Shown piece after piece: positions 1 through 13,658 of a stretch of DNA of 64,000 nt. The notes beneath the pieces are model-generated. The model did not search any database and was not told where the DNA came from. It was given only the letters and a program-made list of their open reading frames with translations. The translations under genes and the position numbers were made by a program. The stretch spans positions 1,116,001 through 1,180,000 of the forward strand of contig NC_086101.1 of NCBI RefSeq assembly GCF_963921235.1. The letters run 5' to 3'. Position 1 is the stretch's first letter. The number at the start of each line of letters is the position of its first letter. This DNA comes from Mobula hypostoma. Taxonomy: Eukaryota.

Positions 1-2850
1 TCAGAATAGAGGGGTGTCCTTTTAGGGGGGAGATGAGGAGGAATTTCTTTAGCCAGAAGGTGGTGAATCTGTGGAATTCATTGCCACAGGCAGCTGTGGA
101 GCCCAAATCTTTATGTATATTTAAGGCAGAGGGTGATAGATTTTTGATTGGTTAGTGCATGAAGGGATATGGGAGAAGGAAGGAGACTGGGGCTATAAAA
201 AATGGCTCAGCCATGATGAAATGGTGCAGCAGACTTGATGGGCCAAATGGCCTAATTCTGCTTCTGTACCTTATGGTCTTAATTCATTGACAACACAGGT
301 GGATAGCAAAGATGAAAAATTCTGCAGATGCTGGAAATCCAAAGCAACACACACAAAATGCCGGAGGAACTCAGCAGGCCGGGCATGGTCTTAAAATTTC
401 AGCACCACATTATGGGCCGAAGGGCCAGTACCTCCCTATTCTACACCCACCGTTCTCTGGGTGAAGAAGTTGCCCTTACTTCCAGTTTACAGTTTCCCCC
501 TCTCATCTTAAATAAACCACTGCTGTCTAGTTTTTGATTCCTGAAATCTGGGGAAAAAGACTGTGCATTATCTTTATCTATCCCCTCATAAGACCATAAG
601 ACATAGGGGCAGAATTAGGCCATTCAGCCCATCAAGACTGCTCCACCATTCCATCATGGCTGATCCCAGATCCCACTCACTCCCATACACCTGCCTTCTC
701 GCCATATTCTTTGATGCCCTGATCGATCAGGAAACGATCGACTTCCACCTTAAACATACGCATGGACTTGGCCTCCACTGCAGTCTGTGGCAGAGCATTC
801 CACAGTTTTACAACTCTCTGATTAAAAATTTCCTCCTTACCTCTGTTCTAAAGGGTTACCCCTCAATTTTGAGACTGTGCCCTTTAGTGCTGGATTCCCC
901 ACCATGCAAAACATCCTCTCCACATCCACCCTATCTAGTCCTTTCAACATTCTGTAGGTTTCAATGAGATCCCCCCATGCATTCTTCTAAATTCCAGTGA
1001 GTACAGGCCCAAAGCTGCCAAACACTCCTCATGTATTTTAGTAGTAGAAATAAATGTGTGGACTATTTTATAAACGGGGAGAAAATCCAGGAATCTGAGA
1101 TGCAAAGGGACTTGGGAGTCCTCGTGCAGATCACCCTGAAGATTAATTGCAGGCTGAGTCTGTGATGAGGAAGGCAAATGCCATGTTAATATTCATTTCA
1201 GGAAGTTTAGAATACAAGAGCAGGGATGTGATGCTGAGGCTTTCTAAGTCACTGGTGAGGCCTCACCTTGAACATTGTGAACAGTTTTGGGCCCCTCATC
1301 TTAGAAAAAATGTGCTGACATTGGAGAGGGTCCAGAGGAGGTTCACAAGGATGATTCCAGCAATGAAAGGGTTATCATATTAGGAACATTTTGATGTCTC
1401 TGGGTCTGTACTCAGTGGAATTCAGAAAGATGAGGGGGGAATCTCATTGAAACCTTTCGAATGGTGAAAGGCCCAGACAGAGTAGATGTGGAAAGGATGT
1501 TTTCCATGGTGGAGGAGTCCAGGACAAGAGGGTACAGCCTCAGGATAGAGGGGCACCCTTTCAAAACAGAGATACCGAGAAATTTCTTCAGCCAGAGGGT
1601 GGTGAATTTTGGGAATTTGTTGCCACGTGCAGCTGTGGAGGCCAGGTCATTGGGTGCACTAAGGCAGAGATCGATAGGTTCGTGATTGGACATGCCATCA
1701 TAGGTTACAGGGAGAAGGCCGGGAACTGGGGTTGAGGAGGAGATAGAAGACAGGATCAGCCATGATTGAATGGTGGAGCAGACTTGATGGGCCAGATGGC
1801 CTAATTCTGCTCCCATGTGTTATGGTCTTATGGTCTTATGGTCTTATGGGCTTATAGGTTAACTCATTCATCCCTGGATCAGTGTCATGAATCTGCCCTG
1901 GACTCTCTCCAATGACAACACATCCTTTCAGAGATATGGGGCTCAAGATTGTTGACAATGCTCCAAGTGTGGCCTGACTAGTGTTTTATTATCTCCTTGT
2001 TTTTAATCTGGCTGTGCTGGATTGGGTGTTATGCAATGATCCGGAGGTGATAAGAGAACTTCAGGTTAAGGAACCCCTAGAGATCAGAATATAATTGAGT
2101 TCACATTGCAATTTGAGAGGGAAAAATTAATATCCAATGTGTCAGTATTTCAGCAGAATAAAGGAAATTACAATGGCATGAGAGGGGAGCTGGTCGATGT
2201 TGACTGGAAAGGGACATTTGCAGGAAGGACAGCAGAGCAGCAATAGCTGGAGTTTCTGCGAAAAATGAGGGAAGTGCAAGACAGATATATTCCAAGTAAG
2301 AAGATACTTTCAAAGGGAAGAAGGACACATCCGTGGCTGACAAGTGAAGTCAGAGCCAAAGTAAAAGCAAAAGAGAGGGCATTCAAGGGGAAGATAGAGG
2401 ATTGGGAAGCTTTTAAAAACTTGCAGAAGGAAGCTAAGAAGGTCATCAGTAAGGAAAAGATGAATTATGAAAGGAAGTGGTGACTAATATCAAAGAAGAT
2501 AATGAAAGCTTTTTTAAGTATATACAGGGTGAAACAGAATTGAGGGTAGATATAGGACCAATACAAAATGACGCTGGACATATTGTAATGAGAGATGCAG
2601 AGATGGCAGAGGAACTGAATGTGTATTTTGCATCGGTTTTCACAGTAGAAGATGTCTGCAGTACACCGGACATTCAAGAGTGTCAGGGAAGTGAAGTTTG
2701 TGCAGTGAAAATTAAGACTGAGAAGATGCTCAGAAAGCTTAATCGTTTGAGGGCGGATAAATCTCTTGGACATGATGGAATGCACCCTCGGGTTCTGAAG
2801 GAAGTAGCTGGAGAAACTGCGGAGGCGTTAACGATGATCTTTCAAGAATC
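1..2850. mobile_element. Cluster of CR1 fragments (1-280 +, 592-1032 -, 1033-1850 +, 1860-1990 -, 2010-2850 +)
   Basis: RPHLE..QRRFTRMIP motifs and (TCTTATGG)n tails. Confidence 0.8.
314..386 (-). mobile_element. Penelope terminal-repeat tail fragment
   Basis: ttctgcagatgctggaaatccaaagcaacacacacaaaatgccggaggaactcagcaggcc is the reverse complement of the tails at 21660-21730 and 47620-47665. Confidence 0.7.
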
Positions 2851-3077
2851 ACAGAAACATAGAAAACCTACAGCGCAATACAGATCCTTCGGGCACAAAG
2901 CTGTGCCGAACATGTACTTACCTTAGAAATCACCCAGGGTTACCCATAGCCCTCTATTTTTCTAAGCTCCATGTACCTATCCAGGGGTCAGTTAAAAGAC
3001 CCTATCATTTCCGCCTCCACCTCCGTCACCGGCAGCCCATTCTATGCACTTATCACTCTCTGTGTAAAATACTTATT

Positions 3078-3925
3078 AACCATAGAAAGCACAGCACAGA
3101 AACAGGCCTTTTGGCCCTTCTTGGCTGTGCCGAACCATTTTCTGCCTAGTCCCACTGACCTGCACACGGACCATATCCCTCTATACACCTCCCATCCATG
3201 TATCTGTCCAATTCATTCTTAAATGTTAAAAAAGAACCCGCATTTACCACCTCATCTGACAGCTCATTCCATACTCCCACCACTCTCTGTGTGAAGAAGC
3301 CTCCCCTAATGTTCCCTTTAAACTTTTCCCCCCTCACCCTAAACCCATGTCCTCTGGTTTTTTCCTCCCCTTGCCTCAGTGGAAAAAGCCTGCTTGCATT
3401 CACTCTATCTATACCCATCATAATTTTATATACCTCTATCAAATCTCCCCTCATTCTCCTACGCTCCAGGGAATACAGTCCTAACCTATTCAACCTTTCT
3501 CTGTAACTGAGTTTCTCAAGTCCCGGCAACATCCTTGTAAACCTTCTCTGCACTCTTTCAACCTTATTTATATCCTTCCTGTAATTTGGTGACCAAAACT
3601 GAACACAATACTCCAGATTCAGCCTCACCAATGCCTTATACAACCTCATCATAACATTCCAGCTCTTATACTCAATACTTCGATTAATAAAGGCCAATGT
3701 ACCAAAAGCTCTCTTTACGACCCTATCTACCTGTGACAACACTTTTAGGGAATTTTGTATCTGTATTCCCAGATCCCTCTGTTCCACTGCACTCCTCAGT
3801 GCCTTACCATTAACCCTGTATGTTCTACGTTGGTTTGTCCTTCCAACGTGCAATACCTCACACTTGTCAGTATTAAACTCCATCTGCCATTTTTCAGCCC
3901 ATTTTTCCAGCTGGTCCAAGTCCCT
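3078..3925 (-). mobile_element. Young CR1 3' fragment with open frame
   Basis: ORF 3146-3919; nearly identical in protein to the end of ORF 34323-35756. Confidence 0.9.
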
Positions 3926-4956
3926 CTACCAATTTGTCAGGCAGGATTTCCCTTTACAGAAACCATGCAGACTTTGACTTAGTTTATCATCAGTCTCATT
4001 AGTTTATCATTAGTCTCATTATCATTTGTCTAACCACATCCTTAATAATAGACTCCAACACTTCTGTAACCACTGAGGTTGGACTAACTGGCCTACAATC
4101 TCATTTCTTTTGCCTTCATGATTTTATACATATCTCTGTAGATTCACCCGTCAGTCTCGTACATCTTAAGGAATAAAGTTTCAGTCTGCCCAACCTCTCC
4201 AAACAGCAGGCTCTCAAGTCCTGGTTACATTCTTCTTTACACTTTTTCCAGCTTAATGTAGCTTTCTTGTAACAGGGTAAGCATAACTGTGCACAATACT
4301 TCATGTTGTACAACTGTTACATAGTGTTCCATCTCTTGCACTGAGTGCCCTGACTGATAAAAGCCATTCTGCCTTCATCCAGGGCACTACAGAAAGGAAG
4401 GGATATGGGGGTAGGCAAAAACTATTCACAATCTTGTTGATTAATAGAATAAGCTCAACGGCCAGAATGGCCACTGTCTGCTCCTATCTTTCATGTTTTT
4501 ACACATCAAAGTGGAATCCATTGTAAATTTGAAGCAAATAAACAAAAGTGAAAAATATGTCTGTCTGCATAAAAACAGGAAGATAGAAATCAGTCATCAA
4601 TGCACTGGACCAAAAGTTGACAGAGGAATCCTGAGCAAAAAGGGACTTTTCTCACAAACAGCAGTCTGGTTCTCACAGCTAAACTTTCCATTTGCAGGAA
4701 GCAAATAGATTTGGAGAAGTTGTTCAATATGAGGATGTATTTAACCACATTAAGAGTTAGTAGAGGGGAATTTGTCGGATCTCTGTTCAAACAGAAGTGA
4801 ATAGCATTCAGGTCATACTGGAATGGAATGGAGGTGCAGAGGGATTGGATCAGTGATGTTACAGATACTGCAGATGCTACAGATGAAAATGGGAAAAGAC
4901 AAGAGGAAGGGAGAAAGAATAACATCAAGGCTGGATTTTGGTTGGAGGAAAAAATC

Positions 4957-6725
4957 AAGGTCAAGTTCTAGTTTATTGTCATCTTGCTGTACATATATAC
5001 AACCAAATGAAACAATGTTCCTCTGGACCACAGTGCACCCACAAAACAAGACTCACACACAACACATAAAGCAAAATATTACCACAAATATTTGTGGTGG
5101 TGGTTGCAGGTATTCATTAGTGTCACAGCCCGAGTCCTGATGATCCTGTATCTTCTCCCTGACAGCAGTGGCTCAAAAGGGTTGTGGGTGGGACGGCTGG
5201 ATTCTCAACAATACTTCGGTCTCTTTGTCGACAACACTTCTGGTAAATGTCACAACTGTGAGGAGAGAAACCCTGGTGAGCCTCCGGTGGGATTGTGCGG
5301 CGTAGTGCCTTGCAGTTTCTGTACCACACAAGGATGCAGCCAGAAAGGGGACTCCCAATGACGTTCCAGTAGAAAGTTGTTAGAATGGGAGTGGGGAGCC
5401 TTGCATACCTCATTCTTCTCAGATTGTAGCTGCCTCTGTGCCTTCTTGACTAGTGAGGATGTATTGTGGGTTTAGGTTAGATCATCCATTATGTGCACAC
5501 CAAGGAACTTTGTGCTCTTCACTCTCCCCACGGGAGACCATGGATGTGCAATGGAGAGTGTCTGACCTGTGCCTTCATCTCTTTTGCCTCGTCAATGTTG
5601 AGACTCAGGTTGTTGTTCTCACACCATTTGACAAGCCTCTTTCTCTTCTTTTTGCATGCTGATAAGATCATTAGGGGACTTGATGACACAGTTTGACCTG
5701 GATCTGGCAGTGCAGCCATGAGTCAGTAGCGTTAACAGCGGTGGCTGAACACACACTCCTGGGGTCACCAGTGTTCATTGTGATGGAGCTTGAGGTGTTG
5801 CTGCCAACTCAAACTGATTGGGGTCTTTCCATCATGAAGTCCAAGATCCAGTTACAGAGAGGGGAGCTGAGTCCCAGTGAGGACAATTTAACCAGCACTC
5901 TCTGAGGGATGATCATGGTAAACAGCGAGCTGAAGTTGATGAACATAACCCTGGCACATGAGGCATTGTTGTCTAGGTGGGGCAGGATGGCATGGAATGC
6001 TGAGGCTATGCCATCATCGGTGATCTGGTTTGAGCAGTAGGTGAACTGGAAAGGGTCCAATGTAACTGGAAGGTGGGATTTTACATAATCCATTACCAGC
6101 CGCTCAGAGCACTTCATGATTATTGAAATCAGTGCCATAGGGGATAATTGTTTAGTCCAGTTCCTATCACTCCCTTGGGCACTGGAATGATACTGGCTCC
6201 CCTGAAGCCTGCAGACCATTTCAAAGAGATATTAAAGATCTCTAAAGCTGGGCTGCACAGTTCATCAACACCTAACCAGGCATCTTGTCCAGCCCCACAA
6301 CTTTGTGTGGGTTTACCTGACGAGGACCCTCCTCACCATGGCTGTAGCCAGCCAGGGTGCCAGTTCCTCAGGAAGAGAGGGGGTTTTACCCTATGTCACA
6401 TCACTCAATGTATCAAATTATGTATAGAAAACATTCAACCTATCGGAAAGGTTGACATGCAAAATGGACTTGTAATCGGTTATAGCTTGTATACCTTGCG
6501 TGTACCTTATGTCCCTGGTGCACAAAGGTATCTGTGAACTTTCTGTGAGTAGTCCTGCTTTGCCTTCCTGATGGCCCGGGAGCTCTCGTTGACCTTAGGG
6601 TCATCCTGGCTACCAATCTGAAGGCAGCATCCTAAGCCTCTGCTATCAGCCATGGTTTCTGGTTTGCTCTGGCAATGTAGTGTTTAATCACAGTAACATT
6701 CTCAATGCATGACTTACGAGTCAAG
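4957..6725 (-). mobile_element. Rex1/Babar LINE, degraded
   Basis: RT motifs [40 protein letters not shown] (5809-6219) and WCENNNLSLN. Confidence 0.8.
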
Positions 6726-6959
6726 CAACTCATAATCCTTGCTTTATTCTGTCTTTGACTTCCCTCAACTATGGCTGTCTCATCCTCCCTTTAGACCTTC
6801 CGAATTTCTCCCAGAAACTCCAGTCATTGCTGTTCCCAACAATTTTTTTATATCATGGATGCCATGGATGTTCCATGGATCACAGGCTGGGAACCTTTGC
6901 TTTATTCTGATCGTCCCTGTGTATTCCTGGTGTCAAGGGGGAATAAAGGGATCTGTGAA

Positions 6960-7980
6960 TATATGATTTTTTGAAATTGGTGCTACAGGCAGATAAGGTC
7001 TAAGAGAGAACTTTTGGCACATTGCACTTCATAAATCAAATTATTGTGTGCAGAAGTTGGGATGTTATATTGAAGTTATGTAAGATATTGGTGAGGCTTA
7101 ATTTGGATGTTGCTGTGCAGACTATTTTACAAATGCGGAGAAAATCAAAGAATCTGAGTTGCAAAGGGGCTCGGGAGTCCTTGTGCAGAAAGAGCTAAAG
7201 GTTAACTTGCAGCTTGACTCCGTGGTGAGGAAGGCAAATGCAATGCTAGTTTTCCTTTCAAGAGCAGGGATGTGATGCTGAGGCCTTATGAGGCACTGGG
7301 GAGGCCTCACCTTGAGTATGTGAACAGGTTTGGGCTCCTCATCTAAGAAAAAATGTACTGGCATTGGAGAGGGTCCAGAGGTCTGGGTCTGTACTTGCTG
7401 GAACTTAGAAGGATGACGAGGGAATCTCATTTAAACCTTCTGAATGTTGAAAGACAGAGTAGATGTGGAAAAGATGTTTCACATTTTTTGGGGAGTGTAG
7501 ACCAAAAGGGCACAGCCTCAGGGTAGAGGGGTGTCCTTTTAAAACAGATGTGGAGAAATTTCTTTTGCCAAAAGGTGGTGAGTTTGTGGAATTTGTGGAG
7601 GCCAGAATGTTGGGTGTATTTAAGGCAGAGCCTGATGGTTCTTGATTGGACACGGCATCAAAGGTTACGGGGAGAATGCCAAGGAGTGGGGCTGAGGAGG
7701 GGAAAGAAAAGATCAGCCATGATTGAACGGTGGAGAAGACTCGATGGGCCAGATGGCTTAATTCTGCTCCTATGTCTTATGGTCTTATGAGAGGAGCTTC
7801 TTTACAGAGGCTGGTGAGCAGTTGAAATGAGCTGTCAACACATGGGGTGGATGCAGGATCAATTTCAACATTTAAAAGAAATTTGGATGAGTAGGTGGAC
7901 AGAGTGGTGGAGGATTATGGTCCAGGTGCAGGTCGATGGGACAGTTCGGCAGACTAGATGGGCCAAATAGCCTGTTTCTG
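6960..7980 (+). mobile_element. Degraded CR1 3' fragments (one nested in another)
   Basis: CR1 RT-end and 3' UTR motifs; tcttatgg tail at ~7780. Confidence 0.7.
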
Positions 7981-8603
7981 CTGAAGAATCGGGTTTATTA
8001 GCACTGGGATGTCGTGAAATTTGTTAACTTAGCAGCAGCAGTTCAATACAATACATGATAATATAGAAAGAGAAAAATAAAAAAATAAATGAGGGAATCA
8101 ATTACAGTAAGTGTATGTATATTCAATAGTGCGAAAACAGAAATAATATGTATTTTTTAAAAAGTGAGGTAGTGTTCAAAGATTCAATGTCCATTTAGAA
8201 ATCGGATGGTAGAGGGGAAGAAGCATGTTCCTGAATCGCTGAGTGTGTGCCTTCGGGCTTCTGTACCTCCTCCCTGATGGTAACAGTGAGAAGAGGAATA
8301 CAGCATTGAGAATAGCACTCTATCACTCTGTTCCTTTGCCCAGAGTAAAAGTCAGCGACAACCAAAGAACCCAAGGCCTGATGTATGTACTTGGGATTTC
8401 CCGTCGACAGCACAATCAGAGTTACGGAGCCAACAGCTTAGATTTAAGTTGAAAGCTACAGTTTGGCATTTTCAGATCAATTCAGTGCAGTCAGATCTTA
8501 TCATAGTATTGAAAGTATACAAATACAATGACAGTGGGTGACCTTCTGAAATCTCACTGTCGACATAGTGCCGGGAGTTAACCAGTGGACCTCAACCCAT
8601 TTG

Positions 8604-10190
8604 ATTAGATTATTAGATTATGAGGACACGCAGTCCTCTTTTATTGTCATTTAGTAATGCATGCATTAAGAAATGATACAATATTTCCTCCGGTGTGATA
8701 GTGGGGTACCGCAAGGCTCAGTGCTGGGACCCCAGTTGTTTACAATATATATTAATGACTTGGATGAGGGAATTAAATGCAGCATCTCCAAGTTTGCGGA
8801 TGACACGAAGCTGGGTGGCAGTGTTAGCAGTGAGGAGGATGCTAAGAGGATGCAGGGTGACTTGGATAGGTTGGGTGAGTGGGCAAACTCATGGCAGATG
8901 CAATTTAATGTGGATAAATGTGAAGTTATCCACTTTGGTGGCAAAAATAGGAAAACAGATTATTATCTGAATGGTGGCCGATTAGGAAAAGGGGAGGTGC
9001 AACGAGACCTGGGTGTCATTATACACCAGTCATTGAAAGTGGGCATGCAGGTACAGCAGGCGGTGAAAAAGGCGAATGGTATGCTGGCATTTATAGCGAG
9101 AGGATTCGAGTACAGGAGCAGGGAGGTACTACTGCAGTTGTACAAGGCCTTGGTGAGACCACACCTGGAGTATTGTGTGCAGTTTTGGTCTCCTAATCTG
9201 AGGAAAGACATCTTTGCCATAGAGGGAGTACAAAGAAGGTTCACCAGATTGATTCCTGGGATGGCAGGACTTTCATATGAAGAAAGACTGGATCAACTAG
9301 GCTTGTACTCGTTGGAATTTAGAAGATTGAGGGGGGATCTGATTGAGACGTATAGGATCCTAAAGGGATTGGACAGGCTAGATGCAGGAAGATTGTTCCC
9401 GATGTTGGGGAAGTCCAGAACGAGGGGTCACAGTTTGAGGATAGAGGGGAAGCCTTTTAGGACCGAGATTAGGAAAAACTTCTTCACACAGAGAGTGGTG
9501 AATCTGTGGAATTCTCTGCTCCAGCAAACTGTTGAGGCCAGTTCATTGGCTATGTTTAAGAGGGAGTTAGATATGGCCCTTGTGGCTACGGGGATCAGGT
9601 GGTATGGAGGGAAGGCTGGGGCGGGGTTCTGAGTTGGATGATCAGCCATGATCATAATAAATGGCGGTGCAGGCTCGAAGGGCCGAATGGCCTACTCCTG
9701 CACCTATTTTCTATGTTTCTATGTTTCTATGTAAAACACAGGACAGACCAAGACTGAAAAAACTAACAAAACCACGTAATTATAACATATAGTTACAACA
9801 GTGCAACAATACCATAACTTGATGTAGAACAGGCCATGACACAGTAAAAAAGTTCAAAGTCTCTCGAAAGTCCCACATCTCACGCAGACAGGAGAAGGAA
9901 GAAAACTCTCCCTGCCATGCCCGACCACAGTCCAACTCTGAGTCATCCGAAAACTTCGAGCCTCCGATCAGCCCTCCGAAACCGAGTACCGAGCACCATC
10001 TTTGCCGAATGCTTTGACCTCAGCCTCGATCGCCAGCAGCAGGCAAAGCCGGGGATTTTGGGGCCTTCCCTCCGGAGATTCTGGATCGCACAGTAGCAGC
10101 AGCAGCGAACCGGGCATTTCAGAAATTTCCAGATGTTCCTCTGTGCCTTCTCACATCTGTCTCCATTAAATCAGAATTGTGCACGATTCC
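8604..10190 (-). mobile_element. Second copy of the same non-autonomous element, split by a young CR1
   Basis: 8604-8700 and 9733-10190 align collinearly with 13021-13585. Confidence 0.7.
8701..9732 (+). mobile_element. Young CR1 3' fragment with open RT frame
   Basis: [29 protein letters not shown]; hairpin GGGCCGAATGGCCT and (TTCTATGT)n tail. Confidence 0.92.
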
Positions 10191-10334
10191 ACCTCTTATT
10201 CCACAAGCATTTTCATTCAGTCATTCCACCTTCTTCACTGTTCCCATTTACTCCTCCTCTTACATAGATCCGTCCTATTAAATCATCCCATTGCAGCACC
10301 TTCCATTCCATAGCCCTGTGTCCCACTTTCATCT

Positions 10335-10530
10335 TCCCCCATTCCACAGATGCTGCTCCTGGTCTGTCGGAGCCCCCACCCCTCTGCTTCCTGTCTCACA
10401 AAAACTGCTCCATTCCACAGATACTGCTCCTGGACCCACTGGACCCCCCCCTCTGCTTTCTAGCCCATTAAAATATTCCCCATTCTACAGATGCTGCACC
10501 TGGCCCCACGGCTTCCTGTCCCGTGACCCC
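10335..10530. repeat. Old ~70-bp tandem repeat, about 3 diverged copies
   Basis: CATTC(C/T)ACAGAT(G/A)CTGC(T/A)CCTGG at 10340, 10411 and 10481. Confidence 0.65.
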
Positions 10531-10629
10531 CACCCCACAATACCTCTATCTGTCAGACACCATGTCCTTCTGAATCCTATTGTCACACACTGCACCATCC
10601 CCCTCACGTTAGACAGACTCCTCTCATTC

Positions 10630-12445
10630 TCAGTCTCAATGCTAGGGAGAAAGCTTTTTCAAGTACATTAAAAAATTGAAGAGAGAGGAGGGTGGATATC
10701 GGACCTATAGAAAATGAGGCTGGAGAAATAATAATGGGGGATAAGGAGATGGCAGATGAACTAAATGAGTATTTTGCATCAATTTTCACTGTGGAAGACA
10801 CTAGCAGTGTGCCTGATGTTGTGTGAAGGAAGAGAAGTGGGTGCAGTTACTGTTACAGGAGAGAAGATACTCAAAAAGCTGAAAGACCTAAAGGTACATT
10901 AGTCACCCAGACCAGATGAACTGCACCCTAGGGTTCTGAAAGTGGTGGCGGTAGAGATTGTGGTGGCATTAGTAATGATCTTTCAAGAATCATTGGACTC
11001 TGACGTGGTTCGGGAGGACGGAAAATTGCAAACGTCACTCCACTCTTTAAGAAAGGAGGAAGGCAGCGGAAAGGAAACTATAGACCAGTTAGCCTGACCT
11101 CAGTGGTTGGAAGGATGTTAATGATGAGGTTATGGAATACTTGGTGACACAGGGTAAGATAGGAAAAAGTCAGCATGGTTTCCTAAAGGGAAAATCTTGC
11201 CTGACAACCTGTTGGAATTCTTTGAGGAGATTACAAGTAGGATAGATAAAGGGGATGCAGTGGATGTTGTATATTTGGACTTGCAGAAGGCCTTTGGCAA
11301 GGTGCCACACATGAGGCTGTTTACCAAGTTAAGAGCCCATGGTATTACAGGAGAGTTACTGCATGGTTAGAGCATTGGCTGATTGATCGGAGGCGGCAAG
11401 TGAAAGTAACACAATCCTTTACTGGTTGGCTGCCAGTGAGTAGTAGTATCCCACAGGGGTCGATGTTGGGACGGCTTCTTTTTATGCTGTTTATCAATAA
11501 TTCAGATGATGAAATAGATGGCTTTGTTGCCAAGTTTGCATTTGATGCAAAGATTGGTGGAAGGCCAGGTAGTGTTGAGGAAACAGGTAGGCTGCAGAAG
11601 GACTTAGACAGATTAGGAGAATCAGCAAGAAAGTGGCAAATGAAATACAGTGTTGGAAAATAGGTGATCATGCACTTTGGTAGTAGAAATTAATGAGCAG
11701 ATTATTTTCTAAACATGGAGAAATTCCAAAAATCTGGGATGCAAAGCGACTTAGGAGTCCTTGGGCAGAACACCCTAAAGGTTAACTTGCAGGTTGAGTC
11801 GGTGGTGAGGAAGGCAAATGCAAAGTTGACATTCATTTTACGAGGTCTGGAATCCAAGAGCAGGGATGTGATGCTGAGGCTTTGTGAGGCACTGATGAGG
11901 CCTCAGCTTGAATATTGTGAACGGTTTTGGGCCCCTCGTCTAAGAAAAGACGTGCTGGCCTTGGACAGTGTTCAGAGGAGGTTCACAAGGATGACTCCAG
12001 GAATAAGAGACTTATCATACGAGGAACACTTGGTGACTCTGTGTCTGTACTCACTGGAATTCAGAAGGATGGTGGGGGGGTGGGGGGGGGATCTCATTGA
12101 AGCCTTTCGAATGTTGAAAGGCCTAGACAGAGTGGATGTGGAAAGGATATTTCCCATGTTGGGGGATTCTAGGACAAGAGGGCGTCCATTTAATACAGAT
12201 ATTATTTAGCTAGAGGGTGGTAAGTTTGTGGTATTTGCTACCACAAGCAGCTGTGTAGGCAGGTCGTTGGGTGTAACTAAGGCAGATATTGATGGGTTCT
12301 TGATTGGTCATGGGATCAAAAGGTACAGGGAGAAGCCTGGGGAAGGGGACTGAGGAGGGACAGAGAAAGGGATTTGCCATGTTTGAATGCCAGAGCAGAC
12401 TCAATGGGCCAAATGGTCTTAATCTGCCTCTGTTTTATGGTCTTA
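10630..12445 (+). mobile_element. CR1 ORF2 fragment to 3' end, frameshifted
   Basis: YRPVSLT, QHGF, PQGS, KFAFD motifs and 3' tail. Confidence 0.85.
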
Positions 12446-13020
12446 TATAGACCATTGACGAAGCTGAAATTAGGAAGGACTTGGAGAAGGACCTCAGGCT
12501 GAGGGACTATTGTGAGATACTATTCAGTGCCTTTGTTGGTGTTAAACAAAAACGGAGGTTAAAGAAAATATCTTTTGCAAATAGTCTGTTAAAAGTGTCA
12601 ACAGGACAAGTGATTAGTAGGAGGCTTCACTTCGTTCATTTCCTGTTTTGATATTATTTTGTTTCCCTCTGCGTTTTGGGCAGCCTGAGGTTCTGGCCCT
12701 TTGAGGTTTTCTCTGTTGTTAACTTCACACGATGTGAATATGAAACCAGATTCTATTGCACTGCGAGGTGTTAACTGTCAGGGGGGTTTTCGATGGCAGA
12801 GGTTCCACAGAGTCATGGAACAGTTGTATCAGAGGGATCAGAAGGTAGGCTGAGGGGGTGGTGTGGTTCTGCTGGTAAAGAATGGCATCAAATCAGTAGA
12901 AAGATGGTAAATCTTTGTGGGTTGAGTTAGGAAACTGCAAGGGTAAAATTACCCTGATGGTGTTTATATATAGGCCTCCCAACAGTAGCTGGGATGTGAT
13001 CAATATGTTACACCAGCAAA

Positions 13021-13658
13021 TAGATTAGATTAGATTGTGAGGACACTCAGTCCTCATTTATTGTCATTTAGAAATGCATGTATTAAAAAATGATACAAAG
13101 TTCCTCCAGTGATATCACAAAAAAAGGACAAACCAAAGACTAACACTGACAGAACCACATAATTATAACATATAGTTACAGCAGTGTTCAAACAATACCA
13201 TAATTTGATGAAGAGCAGACCATGGGCATGGTAAAAAAAATCTTAAGTCCCGATCGACTCTGATAGTCCCCGATAGCAGGTGGCAAAAAGGGAGAAACTC
13301 CCCTGCCATAAACCTCCGGGCACCGACAACTGCTGATGCATTGGAAGCACCCGACAGCCGACTCTGAGTCCATCCGAAAACTTCGAGCCTCCAACCAGCC
13401 CCTCCGATACAGCCTCCGGAGCGCCATCCTCTGCCGAGCGCCTTCGACCTCGCCCCGGCTGCCGAAACAAGCAAAGCCGAGAATTCGGGGCCTTCTCCTC
13501 CGGAGATTCAGGACCACACAGTGGCAGTGGCAGCGAAGCGGGCGTTTCAGAAGTTTCTCCATTAAATCAGAATTGTGCACGGTACCTACCTAACAAATAC
13601 AGATATCATTTTGGAGCGGCCGCGCGTGCTGCATCGCGCTGCCATCTTCTCCTCCCTC
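13021..13658 (-). mobile_element. Non-coding, non-autonomous retroelement with a Rex1-like tail
   Basis: Starts GAAGATGGCAGCGCG (YY1-like, CpG-rich) and ends ...ATGACAATAAA...(AATCT)n; inserted in a CR1. A second copy lies at 8604-8700 plus 9733-10190. Confidence 0.7.

Noticed and set aside
6858..6966. Signal-peptide-like ORF (MFHGSQAGNLCFILIVPVYSWCQG) as the leader exon
   Set aside because: No convincing phase-1 donor (only a weak T|gtcaag), and it is 21 kb from the IgV exon.
13163..13593. Several overlapping GC-rich ORFs
   Set aside because: They lie inside a repeated non-coding retroelement, and the second copy differs by indels.
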